A stretch of DNA of 28,632 bases from Candidatus Thorarchaeota archaeon. Lineage in GTDB: Archaea; Asgardarchaeota; Thorarchaeia; Thorarchaeales; Thorarchaeaceae. The stretch spans positions 1-28,632 of the forward strand of contig JBHLRQ010000015.1 of the NCBI GenBank assembly GCA_048882385.1. The letters are read 5' to 3'. Position numbers and translations under genes: made by a program. A model generated the notes under the pieces. It saw only the letters and a list, made by a program, of their open reading frames with translations, was not told the DNA's origin and did no database searches. Positions 1 through 8,501 of the stretch are shown here, piece after piece; within the stretch, counting starts at the first letter, position 1, and each line of letters starts with the position of its first letter.

Positions 1-180
1 GCTATTACTTCGAAGACACAGAGATTCCAAATTCTCGCACCAAATAATTGGTAGCAAATCAATCTCTGCAATATCACGAAGGTCTAGATTGATTGTCCTT
101 TCATCAGAACCAAAACGTGCACTCCGCTCTAATCCACTTGATGTCACATATCTGATATGAATCTCAGAAGTCACTCTCAC
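1..180 (-). CDS. Leucine-rich-repeat protein, N-terminal part (runs off the left edge; not in ORF track)
   Basis: GGAGGT RBS just before GTG at 180; open frame MRVTSEIHIRYVTSSGLERSARFGSDERTINLDLRDIAEIDLLPIIWCENLESLCLRSNS with LRR consensus LxxLxLxxN (LESLCLRSN) and the IxxIDLxP spacer. Confidence 0.75.
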   Translation of the reverse strand, partial: MRVTSEIHIRYVTSSGLERSARFGSDERTINLDLRDIAEIDLLPIIWCENLESLCLRSNS

Positions 181-298
181 TGACCTCCTAGTTTCTCGCC
201 TGAGTTACGATAAGAAAAGGCTTCCCTAAAAAACAATGGCCTATCATCAGTAGCGCAAATGAATATATTTAGAAAGGACATCAAAGGCGACCGACTCG

Positions 299-931
299 GT
301 GCATGTCTTGAATGTCCTATGGCCTGGTTCTGTCTACAGATTTCTCAAGATAATTGAAACGACCGAATTAGAGAGGAAGATTCTCGACTGTGGAGCAGGA
401 GGTCCTAGACCACCTCTCGCCTTGTTTCGAAGTCGCGGTTTTGAAACACATGGAATCGATATTTCGGAAGCTGCAATTACTGCTTCAGAGAAATTTGCCA
501 GTGAGTATGGTTTCAACCTACGCATAATGAAAGGCGATATGCGTGAGATTCCATTTGATGATTCGTCATTCAGTTTTGTGTTCTCACAAAACTCTGTCTG
601 CCACCTCACGAAGAAAGACACTATGAGAGCTATCAACGAGATGAGTCGTGTTTTGAGGCCAGGTGGATATATGATGGTGGATTTCATGTCCACAGATTCC
701 TCTTACTATGGCAGTCCCTCTCTTGGAGAAGAAGTTGGCTCTGGTGAGTATCAATACATTGACGATGATGGAGACAAAGTTTTGCATTGTTTTTACGATG
801 ATAATGAACCTGACAGGTTTTTTGCTGGACTGAAGATTATTCGCAAAGTGAAGACAATATCAGAGAACCTAACCAGAAGCTTCCCTGATGTTGACGTCAG
901 AGTGGATTACTATGTTACAAAACCAATCTAA
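299..931 (+). CDS. Class I SAM-dependent methyltransferase (Methyltransf_11/25-like)
   Basis: Motif I ILDCGAGG, GIDISE, GDMREIPFDDSSFSFVF, RVLRPGG. Confidence 0.9.
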   Translation: MHVLNVLWPGSVYRFLKIIETTELERKILDCGAGGPRPPLALFRSRGFETHGIDISEAAITASEKFASEYGFNLRIMKGDMREIPFDDSSFSFVFSQNSVCHLTKKDTMRAINEMSRVLRPGGYMMVDFMSTDSSYYGSPSLGEEVGSGEYQYIDDDGDKVLHCFYDDNEPDRFFAGLKIIRKVKTISENLTRSFPDVDVRVDYYVTKPI

Positions 932-992
932 TCGGATTGCCTAAATACAGGAAGATGTACTTATCGAATTTAGCTGTGTAAGGAGTTCAGAG

Positions 993-1886
993 ATGATGTC
1001 AGAGAAGAGTCATCCATCAACATTCTCAATTGTCGCTCGAGATCCAGAGAATGGGGACCTTGGTATCATTGTGCAATCCAAATTTCCAGCAGTTGGTTCT
1101 GTAGTTCCTTGGGCAAAAGCCAATGTCGGAGCTATTGCCACTCAGGCATGGGCTAATGTTGGATATGGGCCCAAAGGACTGGTATTGCTTCAAGAAGGGA
1201 GGAGCGCCTCCGAAACACTCAAGATTTTACTTGAAGCAGATGAAGGTCGAGAGCATCGACAGATCGGGATTGTTGATGCAAAGGGAATTGCTGTCTCACA
1301 CACTGGGAAAGAGTGTATGGAATGGGCTGGTCATATCATCGGGGAAGGATATGCTTGTCAAGGAAATATCCTTTCCAAGGATGCTGTTGTGGTCGATATG
1401 GCTGGTGCTTTTGAGAGGACTGAAGGTGATTTAATCGACAAACTCTTTGCAGGTCTTAAAGCTGGGCAAGTTGCAGGGGGCGATCGGAGAGGTATGCAAT
1501 CTGCAGCCATTTTCGTTGTTCGTGAAGAAGGTGGATATGAAGGTGGAAATGATCGATACGTTGATGTTCGGGTCGACGAACACCCTAGTCCTATAGAGGA
1601 GCTCGAACGTATATTCAAAATCTACGATATGACTATGCTTAGTAGAGAAGATCCAAATACCCTTCTCAAAGTAGAGGGCACTGTTTCTAAGTTGATTCAG
1701 AAGGCCTTGGTTACTTTGGGATATCTCGATACTGTAAGTGATGAGTTCTCAGAAAAAGTGAAAGACTCTCTAACAGAATGGACAAATACAAACAATTTCG
1801 AGAATAAAGCTCGAGATGATGGAACAATCTGGCCTAGTGTTTTAGAATACATGCTAAACGATGCTGGAATCTCAGAGCGATGGTAG
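993..1886 (+). CDS. DUF1028 family Ntn-hydrolase-like protein with C-terminal peptidoglycan-binding-like helical domain
   Basis: N-terminal TFSIVARD, GAIATQA, RQIGIVD, GGDRRGMQSAA, VRVDEHPSPIEEL; C-terminal IQKALVTLGYL...NNFE segment. Confidence 0.88.
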   Translation: MMSEKSHPSTFSIVARDPENGDLGIIVQSKFPAVGSVVPWAKANVGAIATQAWANVGYGPKGLVLLQEGRSASETLKILLEADEGREHRQIGIVDAKGIAVSHTGKECMEWAGHIIGEGYACQGNILSKDAVVVDMAGAFERTEGDLIDKLFAGLKAGQVAGGDRRGMQSAAIFVVREEGGYEGGNDRYVDVRVDEHPSPIEELERIFKIYDMTMLSREDPNTLLKVEGTVSKLIQKALVTLGYLDTVSDEFSEKVKDSLTEWTNTNNFENKARDDGTIWPSVLEYMLNDAGISERW

Positions 1887-1890
1887 TATC

Positions 1891-2646
1891 TTAATCAGCC
1901 TCTTCAAGTTTAGCTAAGTTCTTCCTCCATGCTCTCTCTATTTTCTTCTCTCTATTATAGTGACCCATCTCTCCCCTTGTGGAAGATGAGTTTCCACTCA
2001 GAACAACAATTCCTTCAAAGAGTAGAAGGACTACAGTAGGAATGAGTGCTGTATAATCTCCAGCCAGAATCATGCCTAATATCCACACCCACAAAGAAGT
2101 GATAACTGTCCAAAATCCTGCAAAAAAGAAAAACCACTTCCGTTTCCAAGCTGGAGCTTTGAGAAAGGTCACATAATCTATCTTAACCGTAGGTTCGTAG
2201 TACTGGTCTCTACACATTCCTTCAAGTCTGATTCCAGCCCACTTTCCTGCAAGGACTCTTCCTATCGGATAGAGGAAAGCAATGATAGCAAACACAAAGA
2301 TAAATCGAAGACCAAAGTTCAACAAATTCGATAAATTCCATGTAAGAATTTGCATCCAATCTAAGGGTGTTCCCAATGCCCAAATGTAACCCCAAAGTGA
2401 TAGCAGCCCCAAGATGGTTTCAAGCGCCAATATAGGCCAGAGTGCATAAGTTCTTCCCCTGTCTGCAATGAACAAAATATTTCTAATCTCGGATGCTTTG
2501 AGTACTTCTTGATCCTCTGGTCTTGGGTCCCTCTTGATTTGACGTACAACCTTCCAGAATTGTTTTCGTATGTGGCTTGGAACATCATTTGGATTCTGGA
2601 CAACTATAGAATGAATCTCGTCAAGCTCAGCTAAACGTTCAGACAT
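1891..2646 (-). CDS. Hypothetical integral membrane protein (about 4 TM)
   Basis: 251-aa ORF, GGAG RBS, four hydrophobic segments; no recognised motif. Confidence 0.7.
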   Translation of the reverse strand: MSERLAELDEIHSIVVQNPNDVPSHIRKQFWKVVRQIKRDPRPEDQEVLKASEIRNILFIADRGRTYALWPILALETILGLLSLWGYIWALGTPLDWMQILTWNLSNLLNFGLRFIFVFAIIAFLYPIGRVLAGKWAGIRLEGMCRDQYYEPTVKIDYVTFLKAPAWKRKWFFFFAGFWTVITSLWVWILGMILAGDYTALIPTVVLLLFEGIVVLSGNSSSTRGEMGHYNREKKIERAWRKNLAKLEEAD

Positions 2647-2741
2647 CTACAAATCTCCCTGAATTAGAGCATCAAATCAACATTTAATCACTTCGAGCTA
2701 GATGTGAAGGATACATAAGAAATTGAAAAGAAAGAAGAACA

Positions 2742-3533
2742 ATGGACTCCAAAGAGATTGCGAAACGCATCGGTACTCTTTCAAAGTTTGAATTGATTGT
2801 GAATGACTTCAGTACAGGTCTTAGAGGCAGTCCTGAACGACCAAGAATTGAATTCAATCATACTAGTTATCCCGGTGTTGAAGCACATCTATTCACAATC
2901 GCAGATGCTTCTTCGTGGCAACCCGAGCTCACTGATGCAAACGATGTGGTTCTCTTAGGGTCAATAAATGAATCTGAAAGAGAAAGATCTTGGGTCAAGC
3001 TTCTTTCAATATTATCAGATGTAATGAGTAGACTTGAACATTATCGGCAAGGCTTGAAACATGGAATCCTCCCGAGCTCTAATTGGATTTTTCATGAATT
3101 GACATGGTATCGAATGAATTGGGAACGTCATCCTCCTGAGTTACAATCTACTGAATCCTTTCTATATACTGTAGACGAATCAATAAAGCCTCACATCAAA
3201 GAATTGAACGATCTAGGGTTTTCAACCACTCAAAGCTGTTCAGGATTAGCAAAAGATCATGTAGATAGAAAACCCTACCAACCCTATGTTATGTTTGATG
3301 AGAGAATATACCCGAGATCAAGTGCTCACTTATTCACACTTGCTGATATCACTGGATGGATACCAAGTTATGGCCCTCATAATTTCGATGTTGAATTCAG
3401 ATTAACCAATTCAGAGGATGCTGAGCGGTTCTGGGACAATCTCGTATCTAACGCTAAAGTGATGGCATCCTTGATTCATAATTACCGAACAGAATTCAGT
3501 ATCTTTCCGGATTCTCTAAAAGGCACGTTGTAA
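2742..3533 (+). CDS. Hypothetical protein with internal tandem duplication; second copy has a TYW3/Taw3-like VDE..I..LN...TT.SCSG motif
   Basis: aa 1-102 align by eye with aa 144-249 (YPGVEAHLFTIADASSWQP vs YPRSSAHLFTLADITGWIP; ERSW vs ERFW; HYR vs NYR). Confidence 0.7.
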   Translation: MDSKEIAKRIGTLSKFELIVNDFSTGLRGSPERPRIEFNHTSYPGVEAHLFTIADASSWQPELTDANDVVLLGSINESERERSWVKLLSILSDVMSRLEHYRQGLKHGILPSSNWIFHELTWYRMNWERHPPELQSTESFLYTVDESIKPHIKELNDLGFSTTQSCSGLAKDHVDRKPYQPYVMFDERIYPRSSAHLFTLADITGWIPSYGPHNFDVEFRLTNSEDAERFWDNLVSNAKVMASLIHNYRTEFSIFPDSLKGTL

Positions 3534-3538
3534 GTAAC

Positions 3539-3892
3539 ATGCATGTGCCAATCGATAGAACTTTTCGTGTTAGTTGGAGAATTACAGGTCATCACGAAGG
3601 ACACCCTGTGTGGCAATCTTCCAATGATGACACAAGAGAGATACACGGACGTACAGTTGGAGTTGATTTATCATTATGTTTTGGTTGTGACAAGTGCATA
3701 ACTGCATGCCCAACGAATGTTTTTTCATATTGGACAGATAGTGATGAACGAGTTGTGGTAGATCCAATACGTGAATCCGATTGCATCCTTTGTCTGATTT
3801 GTGAAATTGTATGTCCAGTTGAAGCCATCAGTATTGAAAGAGAGGGCGGTTCAGAGGATACCCTCAAATCTTTATTGCGAGGCACTCAATAA
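3539..3892 (+). CDS. zfx: Zinc-containing dicluster ferredoxin (Sulfolobus/Thermoplasma Zfx type)
   Basis: N-terminal extension PIDRTF...HEGHPVW...IHGRTVGVD with Zn-ligand His residues and the Asp of VDP; two CxxCxxCxxxCP motifs (CFGCDKCITACP, CILCLICEIVCP). Confidence 0.85.
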   Translation: MHVPIDRTFRVSWRITGHHEGHPVWQSSNDDTREIHGRTVGVDLSLCFGCDKCITACPTNVFSYWTDSDERVVVDPIRESDCILCLICEIVCPVEAISIEREGGSEDTLKSLLRGTQ

Positions 3893-3913
3893 TTCGATAA
3901 TGGGGTCGAGAAT

Positions 3914-5173
3914 ATGTTTGACGTTTTACTCACCGACGAAGAAAAAAGGATTAGAGATGAAGTACGCGCTTTTGTTCGAAACAAAGTTGACAGAGATTTG
4001 ATTCTTGCCATGGACGGTAAGACCAAAGAATATCCGTATGAGTTCATCAAAGCTTTAGCCAAGGAGAACCTTCTGGGTCTACGATTTCCCAAGGAGTATG
4101 GTGGAAGACATCTAGGTTGGACCTCCGAAATGGTAGCACTTGAAGAGATTGGAGTCTTAGGAATCGCATTGGGATGTGCGTATTCTCTACCAAGTATAAT
4201 TGGAGAAGGCATAGAGAAGTATGGTTCAAACGAACAGAAGAAAGAGTATCTTCTCCCGACTCTACAAGGTAAGAAAATTGGTGGTGAAGGTCTTACTGAG
4301 CCACGAGGTGGTTCTGACTTCTTTGGAACCAACACAACAGCAGTAAAGAAAGGGGATTCTTTCATTATCAATGGTGAGAAGAGATTTGTTGCAGGCGGGA
4401 TTGGCGCTGACTATTTCTTGATCTATGCCAAGACTGATTTCAAAGCAAAACCGCACGAATCTCTTAGCGCATTCCTTGTGGATCGAGACATGGGCGTCAA
4501 AGTAGAAGAAGAGTATGATCTCATGGGTTGTCGTGGAATGGGTGCCGCACGCATTGTGATGAAGAATGTGGAGATTCCGGAATCGAATCTAGTCGGAGAG
4601 CTGAACGATGGAACTGCTGTTTTCAATGCTATGATGGTTCCTGAAAGAATGACCTCTGCAGCAGGTCCAATTGGTATGGGAAGGGCTGCAATAGAAATTG
4701 CTGTTAGATATGCTGACAAAAGAGAGGCCTTTGGGCGTGCAATAAAGCGTTTTGAGGGAATCAGTTTCAAAGTAGCAGATTGCACAACACAGCTTGATGC
4801 AGCAAGAGGCTTGGTCTATCGAGCTGCAAAGAAAGCTGATACTGGAGAGTGGTGCAGAAAGGAGGTTTCTCAGGCAAAGGTCTTTGCCACTGAAGCAGGT
4901 TTTCAAGCTGTTCATGAAGCCATGCAAATCCTTGGTGGTATCGGATACACTGACGTCTATCCAATAGAACGACTTTATCGTGATGCTCGATTAGCAACTA
5001 TTTGGACTGGTAGCAACGAGGTACAGAGACTCATCATCCAGAATGAAGTTTTTAGTGAGATATTATCAGAGGATCGATCTTTGAAAAGAGATGTCGAATT
5101 GGACACCCCTGGAGCTCACAAGACAGTTGAGAAGGTATTTACTGAAGCTCCCGACAAATATTACCCTAAATGA
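3914..5173 (+). CDS. Acyl-CoA dehydrogenase
   Basis: LTEPRGGSD, NGEKRFV, REAFGRAIKRFEGI, QILGGIGY, YRDARLATIWTGSNEVQR. Confidence 0.95.
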   Translation: MFDVLLTDEEKRIRDEVRAFVRNKVDRDLILAMDGKTKEYPYEFIKALAKENLLGLRFPKEYGGRHLGWTSEMVALEEIGVLGIALGCAYSLPSIIGEGIEKYGSNEQKKEYLLPTLQGKKIGGEGLTEPRGGSDFFGTNTTAVKKGDSFIINGEKRFVAGGIGADYFLIYAKTDFKAKPHESLSAFLVDRDMGVKVEEEYDLMGCRGMGAARIVMKNVEIPESNLVGELNDGTAVFNAMMVPERMTSAAGPIGMGRAAIEIAVRYADKREAFGRAIKRFEGISFKVADCTTQLDAARGLVYRAAKKADTGEWCRKEVSQAKVFATEAGFQAVHEAMQILGGIGYTDVYPIERLYRDARLATIWTGSNEVQRLIIQNEVFSEILSEDRSLKRDVELDTPGAHKTVEKVFTEAPDKYYPK

Positions 5174-5276
5174 TTTTGGCTGTCTGTGATGTTCATCATG
5201 GAACCATCAACAAAGTTAAATATCGTTAATACAAGAACAGACTGAAATCGAGCTCTGGCTCGAGAGGTGACTAGTA

Positions 5277-5444
5277 ATGGGAAAATTAGTTTGTCCAAAA
5301 TGTGGAGCTGAAGTTTCAGTACCTGTCCATTGTGGAAGAGAGATGCATATTGAAGATGGCCAGTTAGTTTGTTGGATGGGCGCCACCTGCGGACATCAAA
5401 ACATTCCTGAGCACTGTGGAACCGTGATGTCTATTAAAGAGTAG
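5277..5444 (+). CDS. 55-aa Cys/His-rich metal-binding protein with two desulforedoxin-like units (missed by ORF track)
   Basis: GAGGTGA RBS at 5264-5270, ATG 5277, TAG 5442-5444; MGKLVCPKCGAEVSVPVHCGREMHIEDGQLVCWMGATCGHQNIPEHCGTVMSIKE. Confidence 0.85.
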   Translation: MGKLVCPKCGAEVSVPVHCGREMHIEDGQLVCWMGATCGHQNIPEHCGTVMSIKE

Positions 5445-5459
5445 AGAGTTATTCTGATT

Positions 5460-6014
5460 GTGAGTTCATCTATGATTCTAGAGGAGATTATGAAAAGACG
5501 TAGTGGCAGAGCTTTTTCTAACAGACCTATTTCTGATGATATGCTTAATTCAATTTTGGAAGCAGGAAGGTGGGCTCCTTCCTGTATGAATGCTCAATCT
5601 TGGAACTTCATTGTCCTTCGTGATCCCGCTGTACTTTCCAAAGCACATGAAGCACTTACCAGAGGAAACGCTTATGCAAAAGCGGCACCAATCATGATTC
5701 TTGTGGCTGCGAAGGAAGATGGAGGTTGTGCATCGCATGGCTTGCCTTACTTTGCAATGGATGTTGGACTTGCAGTTGAGAACATGCTTCTACAAACAGT
5801 TCACTTGGGACTAATGGGCCATCCCACAGCAGGTTGGAATGAAGCCAAACTGAAGGAGATAACGGGGATTCCAGATGAGTATCGGATTGTAACTGTTGTC
5901 TTCATCGGATACGAAGGAGATCCTGAGCTACTCGATGATCGTTCGAGAGAGAAAGAAAAGGCACCACGAAGAAGAAGAGACCTAGCCGAGATTGTTCATT
6001 GGAATGGTTGGTAA
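5460..6014 (+). CDS. Nitroreductase family protein
   Basis: RRSGRAF, AGRWAPSCMNAQSWNF, DVGLAVENMLL, GLMGH, IGY, RRDLAEIVHWNGW. Confidence 0.93.
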   Translation: MSSSMILEEIMKRRSGRAFSNRPISDDMLNSILEAGRWAPSCMNAQSWNFIVLRDPAVLSKAHEALTRGNAYAKAAPIMILVAAKEDGGCASHGLPYFAMDVGLAVENMLLQTVHLGLMGHPTAGWNEAKLKEITGIPDEYRIVTVVFIGYEGDPELLDDRSREKEKAPRRRRDLAEIVHWNGW

Positions 6015-6076
6015 CAATATGAAACCTATGAAAGTATTAATGAGTTCAATATTCCTAAGTATCAACACTTGGAGGA

Positions 6077-6463
6077 ATGAAGATGCAAGTCGCGCCCACA
6101 CTTGATATGGCTGTTCTAGGAGTTCCCGGAGTGGTCATTGGTCTTATTCTAGGATATTATTTTGGAGGCTTTGAAAGATTTGGAGCGTTAGATCGAATTG
6201 TCATGGGCATCATATCCAGTATCTTTCTAGGAGTTATCTCAACTGTGGCTATGATGACATTCCTCGATTTGAGTACATTTGAAGCAGTATTCATCGTTCT
6301 ATCGTATTTTGGTGGATATGTCTTAGGCGCAGCCTCCAATTGGGCACCAACGCCTGAAAAACCACTGAAGCGACACATCATATATGAACCAGATGATGAT
6401 GAAGCATTTGATAGAGAAATCGAAGAAGCATTGAGTGGTAGTAACGAAGCCAACAACAGTTAA
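6077..6463 (+). CDS. Small hypothetical membrane protein (3 TM) with acidic C-terminal tail
   Basis: GGAGG RBS; hydrophobic Gly-rich helices then IIYEPDDDEAFDREIEE. Confidence 0.7.
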   Translation: MKMQVAPTLDMAVLGVPGVVIGLILGYYFGGFERFGALDRIVMGIISSIFLGVISTVAMMTFLDLSTFEAVFIVLSYFGGYVLGAASNWAPTPEKPLKRHIIYEPDDDEAFDREIEEALSGSNEANNS

Positions 6464-6517
6464 AGGCTATAACTTCCGTGGTTCTTCTGAATCGCGCCTA
6501 GAGGAGGTTCGAAATAA

Positions 6518-7756
6518 TTGCGAAGAACACTACCACATTTTCTTGTTATGATTACAATTACGTGTCTTCTATGGTCAACAATAATGATACCAGTCCACGC
6601 AGCTCCACCAGCAGATTGGAGTGGTGATGACAGTCTAGCCTTCCTTTTGGAAGTAAATGGTCAAAATGCTAAAGATTTGAATTCCTCAAATCCAATTAAT
6701 ATTCTAGATCTATCAACTGTTCTCACACTAGCGTTAACAATTACTACTGGAAATAGTCTCTATCTTCGTTCTGGATTATTCACGATGTCCTATCTGGGTG
6801 TACCAATAATCAATCAGCCATATGATTTTAGTTCCACACCTCTACTGCCAACGAATTACACTGATAATATACTAAATGCATCCATTCCTCTCGGGTCATT
6901 AATTGGTGTAGGGAACCTCAGTCTTATCTCTGGCACAATTACAGGAGCATTTTCTTTCACATATTCCAATGAAACGACACCGACTGTTAATGGCACAGTA
7001 TCCGAGAACTTTGTGCTTCAGATTGGACCTACCGGTCCAGCCGCAATCATGTCAGTCAGCGGGCTCATTACTGTTGGTTTCACAGTAATGTCTGCGTTCA
7101 CACTACTCATGTCGTTTGATGAATTTCAGCAAGGAATTGTGGCTGCTCGGAAAATGCGTGGAGCAAAAAGGGGCTCAGATGTTGGAATCTTTCCACGAGC
7201 AGTAGTGCTAAGAAGAAAACCCAAGAAAGGTGCAGAACAGATTGACAGGGATGAACTCACGAGAAGAGTGCGTGAAGCTGCTAATTCTTCTTGGGATGGA
7301 AAACGCTGTCCAAAATGTGGCAAGAAATGGAAACAGAACGCTCCAAGCTGTGGTAAATGCGGAATAGATACAGGTGCCGCAATACAGTTCTTCTCAGATA
7401 ACATTGCAGAATATGCTCCAAAAGCATTGAAAGTTATCAAACCTAAATCAAAAATCACGGTTGGTCAGTTGGGCAAGAAACTCCGACTCAAACCTGATAA
7501 AGCCGGAGCTTTGGCCGCAGCACTTGTTGACATGGGTGCACTACAGACCAAGACTGTCAAGATTCCTCTGAATAAAGTAGCCTTCTCAGGAATGACTATA
7601 GCCGGTGCTTACTGGTCATTCATGCAGATGTTTGGCGGTGCGACTCCTGATTTGGTAATCGTATTCCTTTCGACAGTCGTAGGACTAGTCGTTTCGGTCT
7701 TCATTGCGTACTTCATGGCATGGCTTGCTAGATTCGATCCTTTGGGATATGACTGA
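6518..7756 (+). CDS. Membrane protein: signal peptide, extracellular Ser/Thr/Asn-rich domain, TM helix, cytoplasmic Zn ribbon plus putative winged helix, 2 C-terminal TMs
   Basis: GGAGG RBS before TTG; VHA-A signal cleavage site; sequons NSS/NYT/NAS/NLS/NET/NGT; CPKC-x10-CGKC; ITVGQLGKKLRLKPDKAGALAAALVDMGAL. Confidence 0.72.
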   Translation: MRRTLPHFLVMITITCLLWSTIMIPVHAAPPADWSGDDSLAFLLEVNGQNAKDLNSSNPINILDLSTVLTLALTITTGNSLYLRSGLFTMSYLGVPIINQPYDFSSTPLLPTNYTDNILNASIPLGSLIGVGNLSLISGTITGAFSFTYSNETTPTVNGTVSENFVLQIGPTGPAAIMSVSGLITVGFTVMSAFTLLMSFDEFQQGIVAARKMRGAKRGSDVGIFPRAVVLRRKPKKGAEQIDRDELTRRVREAANSSWDGKRCPKCGKKWKQNAPSCGKCGIDTGAAIQFFSDNIAEYAPKALKVIKPKSKITVGQLGKKLRLKPDKAGALAAALVDMGALQTKTVKIPLNKVAFSGMTIAGAYWSFMQMFGGATPDLVIVFLSTVVGLVVSVFIAYFMAWLARFDPLGYD

Positions 7757-7771
7757 GAAGAGGAAGGAAAG

Positions 7772-7795
7772 GGTTGAGCGTTTCATGGCTCAACT
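7772..7795. terminator. Hairpin between convergent genes (possible terminator)
   Basis: GTTGAGC (7773-7779), 8-nt loop, GCTCAAC (7788-7794) in the 72-bp gap between convergent stops. Confidence 0.35.
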
Positions 7796-7828
7796 CAATC
7801 CATCCTTAATATCTAACTTCGTCCGAGG

Positions 7829-8377
7829 TTATATGACTGCTTTCCTGAGTTGATCGTAGATTATTTTCTCAAGTTCATACAATTCGTGACGTGAAGTTTC
7901 ATCGAGACCCACGATCAGCTTTCTTCTACAGGTTAGTACAAATTCTGTATCGGAATTTCCTTCTCGCACATCTCCAATCCCTATTTTTTTCTCTCCTACC
8001 TTCAACCGACCTGCAATTTTCCTCTTTGTACTGTCCTGTTTCCCTACGACCTCTAGCACATCGATATCTGCAAACCTAAATATCTCAGAATTGCTTTTGG
8101 GGTGTATCTCTTTGGGGACCTCATCCAAGCCGCAATATTCCAAACCCACCATGAGCTCCTTGATTGTTCGCGCATCAGTGTATGTGTCAAAGCTGCATCT
8201 GATGGACCTGGCCCAAGTGCCCCCAACGGCTTGAGAAGAAACCCATTCTCTGTCCAGCTGCTTGGATTCTGTGAGCTTTGACATCACTAGAATGATACGT
8301 TTGTAGTTCTCCTCATAGAACCCGTTTGCATCAAAGCAATCAATCAAGATTTGATTTGTTTTGGACAAATGTCTCAC
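7829..8377 (-). CDS. Hypothetical protein (weak CitX-like RxxDIDV motif)
   Basis: 182-aa ORF; TIKELMVGLE...RFADIDVL segment. Confidence 0.6.
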   Translation of the reverse strand: MRHLSKTNQILIDCFDANGFYEENYKRIILVMSKLTESKQLDREWVSSQAVGGTWARSIRCSFDTYTDARTIKELMVGLEYCGLDEVPKEIHPKSNSEIFRFADIDVLEVVGKQDSTKRKIAGRLKVGEKKIGIGDVREGNSDTEFVLTCRRKLIVGLDETSRHELYELEKIIYDQLRKAVI

Positions 8378-8501
8378 CCAAGCATGAGTACAAGATACTC
8401 ACTGCTATCAATCTGATTTGTACTCCCCAACAGATAAATCCAATGTTGAGTATGGTTGTCTGAATGGATTGCACAAATTATATCATAGGAGGTATGTCGA
8501 T

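Noticed and set aside
3886-4997. Several minus-strand ORFs over the acyl-CoA dehydrogenase
   Set aside because: Antisense shadows without motifs; the + strand gene is fully supported
8418-8501. N-terminal extension of the metallophosphoesterase in the ORF track
   Set aside because: A strong AGGAGGT RBS precedes ATG 8502; the upstream TTG lies in the divergent promoter
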